Shown: piece by piece, positions 17,362 through 26,811 of the stretch
How positions within the stretch are numbered: position 1 is the first letter of the stretch
How the letters are laid out: each line of letters begins with the position of its first letter
DNA from: Tolypothrix carrinoi HA7290-LM1
GTDB lineage: Bacteria; Cyanobacteriota; Cyanobacteriia; Cyanobacteriales; Nostocaceae
Direction: 5' to 3'
DNA length: 35,253 bases
Assembly: GCA_019358935.1 (NCBI GenBank)
Contig: JAHHIK010000089.1
Location: 1 to 35,253, forward strand
Notes under the pieces: model-generated
What the model was told of the DNA's origin: nothing
The model's database searches: none
What the model saw: only the letters and a program-made list of their open reading frames with translations
Made by a program: the position numbers and the translations under genes

Positions 17362-18771
17362 GTGTCTGAACAATCACAAATTAAACAACGCGATCGAAGA
17401 ATTTCTGAATTAGAAGCAGATTTAGCTCGTGCCAATCAACAGCTTCAACAGCAGCAGCAAATAATTATTAAATTACAACAGCAAATAGCACCTGACGAAA
17501 AGCAATTACAGCAACAATTTACACATTTATCTGAAAACAATTTAGACAATACAGGAATAGAAACAACTCAAAATCAACAGCCAAAAATGAAATTGCGGAA
17601 AAAACAACCATCACGATTATCTCGTCTGCAATTTTTCAGTATAGTTGCAGGAGTTGTGCTAGCTATAACACTAATTGGATTAGCAATTAATCGACGACAA
17701 AATTCACCTCCTCCGGAAGCAGTTTCTTCACCACCAACAAATATTCCTCAAACTAAAAATACACCTGTTTCACCACCAGTTTCCTCATTACCTATACCAG
17801 TTTCTCCGCTAAATACTTTGCCTCCATTACAACAAACAAATGTAGAACTGACGTATAACATCACTAATTCTCCAAATTTTCAGAAAAGTCAGAAATTACA
17901 GAGTATTGTCGATCGCGCAGTTAGTCTGGCAACTGATAAAAAACTACCAAAAAAAGCATTGTCAATCACATTAATCGACGCAAAAACAGGGAAGTATGGA
18001 GCATATCAACAAGATGAACTGCGATATCCAGCTAGTATTGTCAAAATGTTTTGGATGGTATATTCGTATTCGCTAATCAAGAATAATCCTTTGAGCGAAG
18101 CCAATTTTACATTATACCTCAACAAAATGATTAAAAACTCTGATAATGATTCTGCCAGCTACGTTGTTGATACAATTACCGGTACTGAATCAGGAAATGA
18201 TTTCCAAGGTGAAGAGTATGAAAATTGGCTACAAAAACGCAATCAATTAAATAAATACTTTCAACAAGCAGGGTATACTAATATTAACTTAAATCAGAAA
18301 GTTTTTCCCATCAATTACCTCAATATTTCTCAACCTCAAGGTGCTGAGTTAAAAATGCGAGGTAATCCAGAAAAGCCTATTCGTAATAAGATGACAACGC
18401 TGCACGCTGCCAGACTTTTATATGAAATTTATAATGTTCAAGCTATATCGCCAGATTATAGTGGAAAAATGATAAATTTATTAAGAATAGATTCGCAAAC
18501 TAGGAATTTGAAAAAATACGATCAAAATCCTAACGAATTTAATCCTGTACGGGGATTCTTCAGCGAACCTTTGCCAAGCAATATTGACTTTGGTGGTAAA
18601 GCTGGTTGGACTTCTAACACCCGTCAAGAAGCAGCATATATAGCAACACCAGATGGAAAAGCAGCTTATATTCTTGTTGTCTTTGCTGAAGACCGCGCTT
18701 ATGCTTACGATTGGAAAATATTTCCCCAAATCTCTAGTATGATATTTGATCGCATGACAAATGATAAATAA
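17362..18771 (+). CDS. Membrane-anchored serine hydrolase, class A beta-lactamase/PBP-like, with N-terminal coiled coil
   Basis: Motifs YPASIVK (SxxK), SDN and KAG; Gln-rich coiled coil, transmembrane segment and Pro-rich linker; GTG start. Confidence 0.88.
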   Translation: MSEQSQIKQRDRRISELEADLARANQQLQQQQQIIIKLQQQIAPDEKQLQQQFTHLSENNLDNTGIETTQNQQPKMKLRKKQPSRLSRLQFFSIVAGVVLAITLIGLAINRRQNSPPPEAVSSPPTNIPQTKNTPVSPPVSSLPIPVSPLNTLPPLQQTNVELTYNITNSPNFQKSQKLQSIVDRAVSLATDKKLPKKALSITLIDAKTGKYGAYQQDELRYPASIVKMFWMVYSYSLIKNNPLSEANFTLYLNKMIKNSDNDSASYVVDTITGTESGNDFQGEEYENWLQKRNQLNKYFQQAGYTNINLNQKVFPINYLNISQPQGAELKMRGNPEKPIRNKMTTLHAARLLYEIYNVQAISPDYSGKMINLLRIDSQTRNLKKYDQNPNEFNPVRGFFSEPLPSNIDFGGKAGWTSNTRQEAAYIATPDGKAAYILVVFAEDRAYAYDWKIFPQISSMIFDRMTNDK

Positions 18772-18791
18772 ATAAAGCATTACCTCTTGCT

Positions 18792-19043
18792 TCATTCTCG
18801 TAATGGTCTGTTAAGATACTCCTTGTTTGTAGATAGATCTCCAGATCCTCCATCCACACACCCTACTAAGTCTGCCGCAGCTTCTAAAGCAGACATTAGC
18901 GTCCCATTAGGATGTTTAAACTCCACTCTTAGTGATTTGCTGTGCAAAAACTCCACGAAGTCAAGCACCTGCTGCTGTTTTTCAAGGGAAAGGGTTCTCA
19001 CCTTTTCTGCAATAAGTTGGTCTATGCCAATTGCTTGAGTCAT
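18792..19043 (-). CDS. DUF2281-like small protein (putative antitoxin), orphan
   Basis: EKVRTLSLEKQQQVLDFVEFL followed by DLVGCVDGGSGDLSTNKEYL; 83 aa. Confidence 0.75.
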   Translation of the reverse strand: MTQAIGIDQLIAEKVRTLSLEKQQQVLDFVEFLHSKSLRVEFKHPNGTLMSALEAAADLVGCVDGGSGDLSTNKEYLNRPLRE

Positions 19044-19272
19044 CAGTCTTTACTTTAGTCTTATCACTTCAAGTGTAAATCCAACTTCGCCAACACCATC
19101 ACCAATATATCTCGGCTTGTCTGTCGATCGCGTGACAAATCGTCAATGAACCACTAAGCTGGATCGGGCGATCGCCAATTTTCCAAGGGCAAGAGCGATC
19201 GCGTTTAAAGTAAGAAATTCCCCACACGGCATATCGCTTTTGATTAGCGTGTGGAGAACAGCCGAATTTTAT

Positions 19273-20040
19273 TTACTTCTCGGTTAAGATAGGACCGACC
19301 AGCGCTATCACCTCGTCTTTTGTGGCAAAGCCATCAAAAGCTTCATTACTGAAGGGAATTGGGGAATTAGACCCTTCCCGATTCTTGTTGAAGAGGACTT
19401 CACTGGCATCTCTAACCCAAGGTCGCACATCTGCACCATAATAAGTTTGCCGTAGATAGCGAACACCAGCAGCATGTCGAGCTTCTATAGTGTGGATTTC
19501 CAAAGCTCCAGCTAAGACAACTTTACCAGCATCACCGGCGGCAAGCAAGTTCTGCACCTGTCCCTTATAAGCTGCTACCCCCGTGTCTTCGACATACTGT
19601 AACGCGAGGAGAAAATCTTGAGGATTATTAAATGGGTCGCGATTGAGTATAACATCGTAGTTGGGGTTCTTTGGGATAGCGATCGCATCTGGATTACCTC
19701 CCAGAGATGTCAATACAGCCGATAGGTCTGTAACGTGCATACCCTCATCCTCTCCGTAGGACCTGATTGCCTTTTTAGCAGGCTCTGGGAGACTCATCAA
19801 TCCACCGCTCTTGATTGCAGTAAACGCACGGCTATACATATCAGCTTCCAGTTTTTCTAAGGTCAAAGCGTATTCAACAACTTCCTTAGGTGTAAGTGTT
19901 GCTTCTTGAGCAGAAGCTGGTGTTACGGGGATTGTGAGCAAGGATAGAAGGAGTAAAGACAAAATCAGCATTCTACCCCAAGTTGCTGCCAAACCGAGGC
20001 TGACAACTAATTGCCCTGCTAGCGAGAAAAGGGTTTTCAT
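19273..20040 (-). CDS. Ferritin-like domain protein (Ferritin_2 type) with Sec-type signal peptide
   Basis: Four-helix di-metal pattern ALTLEKLEADMY, DEGMH, VEDTGVAAY and IEARH; hydrophobic leader ending ASA-Q. Confidence 0.88.
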   Translation of the reverse strand: MKTLFSLAGQLVVSLGLAATWGRMLILSLLLLSLLTIPVTPASAQEATLTPKEVVEYALTLEKLEADMYSRAFTAIKSGGLMSLPEPAKKAIRSYGEDEGMHVTDLSAVLTSLGGNPDAIAIPKNPNYDVILNRDPFNNPQDFLLALQYVEDTGVAAYKGQVQNLLAAGDAGKVVLAGALEIHTIEARHAAGVRYLRQTYYGADVRPWVRDASEVLFNKNREGSNSPIPFSNEAFDGFATKDEVIALVGPILTEK

Positions 20041-20060
20041 ATTCTTTGTAACTCCTGGGG

Positions 20061-20789
20061 TTAAGCGACAAGTGCGCCGTTGATTGGGTTTTTCAATATA
20101 TTCAAAGAGCCGACAATCGCTATAATCTGTTTTGGCGTGTATAGCTCATCGTAGGCACGTCCCTTAAATGGATTGAGTTCAGGAACTAGGTCAGCATCGT
20201 TCACTGCGCGATCGCTATCTGGTTCTGTGGCAGGTCGATTCAGAAGCGCACGTACTCCAGCAGTGTGGCGTGCTTCAATAGACACGATGGAACCAGCTGC
20301 CAGCAAGTATGTGGGGTCTTTCAAGCTTGTTCCGGCGCCATTGTAAGCGTGAACACCCGTATCTTCCAAAGCTACAGCCGTATTCAAGATGGTATCGCGG
20401 TCTGTCAGGACAGCATCTAACCCAGCTTTGTTAAATTTGAGATTTTTCGTCTTAAAAGTAGCATTTTCACCTAGTACTTCCCGGAGAAATTTGACATGGG
20501 TAGCTTCATGAGTAGCTATAGCTCTGATATAGTCATACTCTTTGGGATCTGTAATCTTGCCAGATTTAAGAACAAGTAAATAAAATGCTGCTTCTAGTTC
20601 TTCTAATAACAAAGCGAAGTTAAGGATACCAATATCATCAGCATTAAATGTCAGAGTTTTGCCATACTCACTACTCTGTGCAGTCACTCTCTCAGGTAGA
20701 GTGGTTAAAGCTGCCGCACCAACGCTTAGAAGACCCCATTTCAACAAGCTACGTCGCGAGGTGAAAGATAAATTCTTTTTCATTTTCAT
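20061..20789 (-). CDS. Ferritin-like domain protein (Ferritin_2 type) with twin-arginine signal
   Basis: Tat motif SRRSLLK; ILNFALLLEELEAAFY, HEATH, LEDTGVHAY and IVSIEARH. Confidence 0.9.
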   Translation of the reverse strand: MKMKKNLSFTSRRSLLKWGLLSVGAAALTTLPERVTAQSSEYGKTLTFNADDIGILNFALLLEELEAAFYLLVLKSGKITDPKEYDYIRAIATHEATHVKFLREVLGENATFKTKNLKFNKAGLDAVLTDRDTILNTAVALEDTGVHAYNGAGTSLKDPTYLLAAGSIVSIEARHTAGVRALLNRPATEPDSDRAVNDADLVPELNPFKGRAYDELYTPKQIIAIVGSLNILKNPINGALVA

Positions 20790-20943
20790 ATCTCCTAAAA
20801 AAAGTAAGCGCTTATTGCTGGTAGTTAAGAATTAATTGTCCACGTCGAAATCAATTACCGCGCTTATATATTGCCGGAAAAAGTTGCATCCCCATAAGGA
20901 TGAAACTTTCTACCAGCTAATCAAAACCTCTCCAAAACTCAAG

Positions 20944-21651
20944 TCAGGAAATTCCGTTTATGCTTCTACCCCGCTGTCTTCTACGCAAGGCAATAGCACC
21001 TGTACTCAAAACACCAAACGCTAATAAACCTAGTCCAGATGATGCTTCCGGGATTGCTTTAGCACTCTTCGTTTGAACGCCGGTGAGGGTGATATTATAA
21101 CTCCCACCATTCAATATCAAGCCGTCAAACTCCTCAAGTTGAAATCCATCACCAGTACCAGATGGTTTCAAAACTGTTTGAAAAGGAACATCGGGGAAAT
21201 CTGAGAAAATTTTACCTTTACTACCAACAGGATCGTAGTCAAAGCCAGAGATTGCTAAGTAATAGATACCAGGGTTACTGGGAGAAAATTCACCCTTCGG
21301 CAAAGTAGCCTGTTTTGTATTAGGACTCTCGTCATCGTTTGCGTAAACACCTTTGCCGTTTGAATCGAATAGAAACAACTGTGGATCGACAAGACTACCT
21401 GGATTGATTTTAGTCGTAGCTGAGAATGTCTTTCCGCCAGTTAGGTAGATTTGAAATAAGTTAGCAGGATTCGTTTCTGAGATTGTCCCAGAGATAGACT
21501 CTAAAGATAACGCTCCCGATGGAATAACTTGAGCTGTAGTAAGAGTCTCACCAGCTTCTTTAGTTTGCGTAAAACTAACAGCTTTTACCTGAGTTGGTAT
21601 CAGCACAGCGATAAGTGCAAATATGACTGTTTTCGATGCAAAGTTTTTCAT
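20944..21651 (-). CDS. PEP-CTERM-sorted exported protein (DVUA0089/pre-peptidase-C-like domain)
   Basis: Signal peptide; DPQLFLFDSNGKGVYANDD and GIYYLAIS; C-terminal IPEASSGLGLLAFGVLSTGAIALRRR. Confidence 0.88.
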   Translation of the reverse strand: MKNFASKTVIFALIAVLIPTQVKAVSFTQTKEAGETLTTAQVIPSGALSLESISGTISETNPANLFQIYLTGGKTFSATTKINPGSLVDPQLFLFDSNGKGVYANDDESPNTKQATLPKGEFSPSNPGIYYLAISGFDYDPVGSKGKIFSDFPDVPFQTVLKPSGTGDGFQLEEFDGLILNGGSYNITLTGVQTKSAKAIPEASSGLGLLAFGVLSTGAIALRRRQRGRSINGIS

Positions 21652-21755
21652 TAGCTAAATCCATCTTTATATCCAGGCAGCTATGTCTGGAAAAGCACTT
21701 ATAACGAACACTTATTAGAGTGCCACTCCTTTAGCTCACCTTCCAGTCCAAAAAG

Positions 21756-21788
21756 TGTTCATTTTTTGCTCATTTCTTGCTCATTTTT
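21756..21788 (-). promoter_or_regulatory. Three 11-bp direct repeats, candidate operator
   Basis: TGTTCATTTTT TGCTCATTTCT TGCTCATTTTT, about 105 bp upstream of the PEP-CTERM gene. Confidence 0.5.
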
Positions 21789-22432
21789 TTCTAATGATGA
21801 AAAAAATTTTATATTCATGTTTAGAGCTATTTGTCAAGATAATTATTTTCTTTACTCGAATAAATTAAATACCTAACTAACCAGGTGTAACTAACCAATA
21901 CCTTCGCCAAATAAAGAGGGCTTTCCGTAGTAGAGTTATTGTTTACCACAACTACAACTCAATCGTTACAGAAAGCCTATGCCAGATATATTAACATTGT
22001 TGGTGTGCGTCAGAAATAGCTATTATTTTTTGGTTGTAGCATAATATTACTTTCACTCTTAAAAAAGATGAAATCCTTGTATTTGCTAGAAATCTGCCAG
22101 CCAGATGCCATAAATTCGCTAGTATTGCACCTTTAAGCTTGCCTTGTAAAATTTATAAATTTTGTCAAAGTAGATTTTATAAATCAAAAATATCCTTCAT
22201 ACTTTAAAACAGTAATCCTACGTAAAATTTGAGGAAGGGCTAATCAACAGTGATTGATTTCCTGACAATTGCTAACAATTGCTCATCTTTGAGGACAAGG
22301 ATTAGCATTTTGATTGCTCCGGTCTTTGTTGCCCCTGAACGAGAGCAATCTGTGGACGGGGTGCTGCCGACAGTCTCGGTTGAAACAGGAAGTTTTTGTT
22401 AACAAATGTTAATAAAAAAGGAGCGGATGCCA

Positions 22433-24658
22433 ATGACATCTCTATTACAGCGACTAAGCGCAGAACGAAATCGCAGATTTGTAGGACGTGGGCGGGAACT
22501 GGAGCTATTTCTTGATGCGATCGCGTCTCCAGAATTACCTTTTCACATTTTGCACGTCTTTGGTCCTGGCGGTGTGGGCAAGACAACCCTCATGCAGCAG
22601 TTTTTGCGATTTTGCGAACAGTCAAAAATATCAACTATCTACGTAGAAGGACGTAATATAGAAGCTGCGCCAGAATCTTTTGTTAGCACGTTGCGATCGT
22701 TGATGGGATTGAATGAATCAGATTCTCCTTTGCATGTGCTAGCCCAAAAACAAGAACGTAATGTAATTTTAATTGATACCTATGAAGCTATTACCCAGCT
22801 AGATGAATGGTTGCGGGAAGGATTCTTACCCCATTTGTCTGTTGATACCTTAATTGTGATTGCTGGACGCAATCCCCCCTCATCTTCTTGGTGTAGCGAT
22901 CCAGGTTGGCAAGCTTTGATGCACACCTTGTCCCTACGCAACCTTACCCCAGAAGAAAGTCAAACTTATCTCACCACACGAGATATTCCCACCACACAAC
23001 ACCAGGCGATTCTAGAATTTACCCACGGACATCCTCTAGCATTATCTTTGGTTGCTGAGGTGTTTGCTCAGGAAAAAGAAATCTCTTTTCAAGCAGAATC
23101 TGCTCCCAATGTTGTTAAAACACTCTTGGAAAGATTCATAAAAGAAGTACCAACGCCCGCACACCGTATGGCTTTAGAAGCTTGTGCGGTGATCCGGCTG
23201 ACTACCGAAGCCGCACTAAATCAAATATTGGCTGTGCCTCAAAATACTTTGGCTGGTGAGGCTCACTCTTTAGAGGAAATACTTGATGTTCACGATTTAT
23301 TTGAGTGGTTGCGCGGACTGTCGTTTATCGAATCAGGGCAATTGGGTTTATTTCCCCACGATTTAGCACGCGAAGTTTTAATTGCTGACTTGCGTTGGCG
23401 TAATTCGGAATTTTACACTGAATTACACCACCGAGCGCGTCAATACTATACTAAACGACTAGGACAAACCCAAGGGCAAGAAAAGCATCGAGTGCTACTT
23501 GATTATATTTTTTTGCATCGGGATAACTCGGCTATTCGATCCTGTTTCACCTGGGGTGAGCAAAGTAGTTTATTGACAGACCGGCTACGGGAAACTGACA
23601 AAACTGCACTGCTGGGGATGGTGGCACAATACGAAGGCGAAGAATCAGCAAAAATAGCAGCTCGCTGGTTAAAGCGCCAACCGCAGAATGTAGTAGTATT
23701 TCGTGACTTGCACTCCGAACTTGCGGGATTTGCAATGATGGTGGCATTGCACACAGCAACTGTTGAAGATTTGAGTGCAGATCCGGGCGCTCTTGCATCT
23801 TGGCAATATCTCCAAACCCATGCACCATTACGCCCTGGCGAAGGCGCAACTATTTTCCGCTTCTGGATGGCGCGGGACACCTATCAAGCTGTTTCCCCCA
23901 CCCAAAGTCTAATTTTCATTAATTTTGTGCAGTATTTTCAGAACACACCGGGGTTAGCATACACCTTTCTACCTTGTGCCCAAGCAGATAGTTGGACAGC
24001 AATGTTAAACTACTTCGACTTAACACGACTTAGAGAAACTGATTTTACAGTTGGGGGAAGACACTATGGTGTTTATGGGCATGACTGGCGAATTGTGTCA
24101 CCTGCCACATGGAAGGAAATTTTGGCACGAAAAGAGGTTACAACTGCCGGAGAATCTGTAGATAATACTCCAGTCGGTGAACCTCTGTTAGTTCTTAGTC
24201 AGCCAGAATTTGTGGAGGCGGTGCAGAATGCGTTACGTAACTTTAGTTGTCCTGATGCATTACAGAATAATCCATTAATGCGATCGCGAAGCGTACAGGA
24301 AGTGTTCTGGCGCTTAGTGTCAGAACAAGTTGCCACAAAAGCAAGTATGAGCGAGAGTCCTTTGGACACGCAACTCACAGAGAAGCCGTCCTCTGGGCAC
24401 TTACGCGATGCCTGCGGCAGGCAAAGCCAACGCATTAACGTTTTACAAAATCTGGTGAAACAAGCAGTTGAATCCTTACAATCATCCCCGCGTGATGAAA
24501 AACTCTACCGCGCTGTTTATCGAACTTATTTAAATCCCGCCCCCACGCAAGAACAAGCAGCTGAGTTACTAGATTTGCCTTTCAGTACCTATCGCCGTCA
24601 TCTGAAAGCTGGAGTGACGAGAGTTACAGATATTTTATGGCAAAGAGAAATTAGCTAA
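22433..24658 (+). CDS. AAA/STAND-type ATP-binding protein with C-terminal helix-turn-helix (putative transcriptional regulator)
   Basis: FVGRGREL, Walker A GPGGVGKT, Walker B ILIDTYE, HGHPLAL (GxP), and C-terminal TQEQAAELLDLPFSTYRRHL. The start was chosen from AAGGAG at 22418-22423; alternatives are 22427 and 22406. Confidence 0.88.
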   Translation: MTSLLQRLSAERNRRFVGRGRELELFLDAIASPELPFHILHVFGPGGVGKTTLMQQFLRFCEQSKISTIYVEGRNIEAAPESFVSTLRSLMGLNESDSPLHVLAQKQERNVILIDTYEAITQLDEWLREGFLPHLSVDTLIVIAGRNPPSSSWCSDPGWQALMHTLSLRNLTPEESQTYLTTRDIPTTQHQAILEFTHGHPLALSLVAEVFAQEKEISFQAESAPNVVKTLLERFIKEVPTPAHRMALEACAVIRLTTEAALNQILAVPQNTLAGEAHSLEEILDVHDLFEWLRGLSFIESGQLGLFPHDLAREVLIADLRWRNSEFYTELHHRARQYYTKRLGQTQGQEKHRVLLDYIFLHRDNSAIRSCFTWGEQSSLLTDRLRETDKTALLGMVAQYEGEESAKIAARWLKRQPQNVVVFRDLHSELAGFAMMVALHTATVEDLSADPGALASWQYLQTHAPLRPGEGATIFRFWMARDTYQAVSPTQSLIFINFVQYFQNTPGLAYTFLPCAQADSWTAMLNYFDLTRLRETDFTVGGRHYGVYGHDWRIVSPATWKEILARKEVTTAGESVDNTPVGEPLLVLSQPEFVEAVQNALRNFSCPDALQNNPLMRSRSVQEVFWRLVSEQVATKASMSESPLDTQLTEKPSSGHLRDACGRQSQRINVLQNLVKQAVESLQSSPRDEKLYRAVYRTYLNPAPTQEQAAELLDLPFSTYRRHLKAGVTRVTDILWQREIS

Positions 24659-24933
24659 AGTGCGAAAATTACGAGTGCGGAGTGCGAAATGATTTCTTAA
24701 GCTGCCCTATGCCTAAGAGGGCGGGCGGTGATTTATTTGGAGGTTAGTTGACAGATTTTAGCTTTTTTAGTTTGCGCTTTAGTATTAAGCTGCTTCCAAA
24801 AATACCAAAGATTACTGTGCTGCCGATGACAAAAGTTAGCCACAAATACACGCTTTGGCGACTGTTGACGAGTTGGTATACTTAGAAGGTAAAATACAGG
24901 ACAACACGCCTTGTCCTCAAGCTGCGCTAGTTT

Positions 24934-26598
24934 ATGCAAATGCTGTTAGACGATCGCTATCGAATTATTCAAACTTTGGGAAGCGGTGGATTTGGTGAAA
25001 CTTTCTTGGCAGAAGATACCCAAATGCCATCAGGTCGTAGGTGTGTAATTAAAAAGTTAAAGCCGATTATTAATAATCCCCAAGTTTACCAACTAATACA
25101 AGAACGTTTTCAACGGGAAGCGGCAATTTTAGAAGACTTAGGCGGAAATTCTCACCAGATTCCCAGATTGTATGCATACTTCCAGTTAAATGGACAATTC
25201 TATTTAGTTCAAGAATGGATTGAAGGTGATACGTTAACAGCAAAACTTCGCCAGTCGGGATTATTTAGTGACAGTGTTGTGCGGGAAATCTTAGTGAACT
25301 TGTTACCAGTTTTGGAATACGTACACTCTAAAAGAATTATTCATCGCGATATCAAACCAGATAATATCATTTTGCGTCAACGCGATAGTCAACCCGTGCT
25401 GATTGACTTTGGTGCAGTCAGAGAAGCTATGGCAACGGTGGTAAATTCTCAAGGAAATCCTACCAGTTCAATTGTAATTGGTACACCTGGATATATGCCG
25501 AGCGAGCAAGCAGCGGGTAGACCGGTTTATTCGAGTGATTTATATAGTTTAGGACTGACAGCAATTTATTTACTAACAGGGAAACAGCCACAAGAATTAG
25601 AAACAGATTCGCGTAGCGGGGAAATTGTTTGGCGTTCTTTCGCTTTGAATGTAAGCCCGACATTAGCGGGAGTTATTGATCGAGCGATCGCTTATCATCC
25701 ACGCGATCGCTTCCCCAGCGCTAAAGAAATGTTGTCAGCATTGCACTCTAATTTTGCAATTCCTTCTACCATACACGTCACACAACCACCAACAGTAATT
25801 GCACCGTCAGCAACACCTCAAAACATGATTTCCTCTACTCCAGCAACACCTATCCATCAAGGTAACGGACAAAGAGGAATCCTTCTTGCCAGTTTAATCG
25901 CTGGTGGTTTAATTGGTGCTTCTATTATCATTGGTCTTGCTCTTAACAAACAACCTCAACAAGTAGCACAACCAATAACAGAATCTAACCCACAAACTAC
26001 TACAGTGCCAGATTCTCAGGACGAAGCACAACCTGTAAAATCCCAACTTCCCAAAACTTCAGAACCTTCAACAAATAATGACGAAACCGAAGAAAATGCA
26101 CGACTGATAAAATCGCAAATTTCCAGAACTTCAGAACCTTTAGTCAACAACGACAAAACCCAGGAAAACGAACAACCGATAAAATCCCAACTTCCCAGAC
26201 CAGTATATTCTCAGCCGATTATTACACCAACTCCAACTTCTTTTTCAACACCGACACAAATTGAGAAACCATCACCAAAACAAGCTGTGCAAAATTATTT
26301 TGCAACTATTAATCAAGGTGAATATCAAACTTCTTGGAAACAACTATCTCCCAGCTATCAAAGTGATAAAGCTATTCACCCCGATGGTTATCTTTCCTAC
26401 ATTGATTGGTGGGGTGGAAAAGTTCAAAATGTGGATATTGAACAACTTAGTTTGGTGGAAGAAACTACAAACACAGCTACAGTAAATAGTAAATTAAAAT
26501 ATTTCCTGAAAACTGGTAAAGAAGTTCCTGAATCTGTGCGCTTTTCCCTGATATGGGATGCAGAAAGTAATAATTGGCTAATTTCCGGAGCAAAGTAA
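24934..26598 (+). CDS. Membrane Ser/Thr protein kinase with C-terminal extracytoplasmic (NTF2-like?) domain
   Basis: Full set of Hanks motifs; transmembrane ILLASLIAGGLIGASIIIGLAL; tail PKQAVQNYFATINQGEYQTSWKQLS...WLI. Confidence 0.93.
   Translation: MQMLLDDRYRIIQTLGSGGFGETFLAEDTQMPSGRRCVIKKLKPIINNPQVYQLIQERFQREAAILEDLGGNSHQIPRLYAYFQLNGQFYLVQEWIEGDTLTAKLRQSGLFSDSVVREILVNLLPVLEYVHSKRIIHRDIKPDNIILRQRDSQPVLIDFGAVREAMATVVNSQGNPTSSIVIGTPGYMPSEQAAGRPVYSSDLYSLGLTAIYLLTGKQPQELETDSRSGEIVWRSFALNVSPTLAGVIDRAIAYHPRDRFPSAKEMLSALHSNFAIPSTIHVTQPPTVIAPSATPQNMISSTPATPIHQGNGQRGILLASLIAGGLIGASIIIGLALNKQPQQVAQPITESNPQTTTVPDSQDEAQPVKSQLPKTSEPSTNNDETEENARLIKSQISRTSEPLVNNDKTQENEQPIKSQLPRPVYSQPIITPTPTSFSTPTQIEKPSPKQAVQNYFATINQGEYQTSWKQLSPSYQSDKAIHPDGYLSYIDWWGGKVQNVDIEQLSLVEETTNTATVNSKLKYFLKTGKEVPESVRFSLIWDAESNNWLISGAK
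26035..26199 (+). repeat. 72-bp (24-aa) internal tandem repeat, about 2.3 copies
   Basis: VKSQLPKTSEPSTNNDETEENARL / IKSQISRTSEPLVNNDKTQENEQP / IKSQLPR, starting at 26035, 26107 and 26179. Confidence 0.85.
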
Positions 26599-26811
26599 TT
26601 TTTGCAAAATTGGCAGGTATAAAATTAGAAAATATTTATCTAACTATAAACGAATACGCTTGGTGTTAAGACAATATTGCTCGAGCGATCGCGTGCTTAG
26701 GCAACCGCAGCAAGCGGGTTTGCTTATAGGTTATAAAATTACTTTGTATAATTACAGACACATTCGCGTTTATACTCTAAACACACGACGTGTACTTTAG
26801 CAAGGTCTTTT

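Noticed and set aside
18481..18795. 104-aa minus-strand ORF as a toxin
   Set aside because: All but the first ~8 codons are antisense to the beta-lactamase-like gene; only the stub is informative.
20877..20910. Hairpin between the PEP-CTERM and ferritin genes as a terminator
   Set aside because: The stem is imperfect and AT-rich with only a short U-run; it cannot be distinguished from an mRNA stability element.
22312..22392. GC-rich leader with hairpin GATTGCTC...GAGCAATC as a riboswitch
   Set aside because: It has only fragmentary resemblance to FMN or TPP motifs and the conserved cores are missing; an Rfam scan would settle it.
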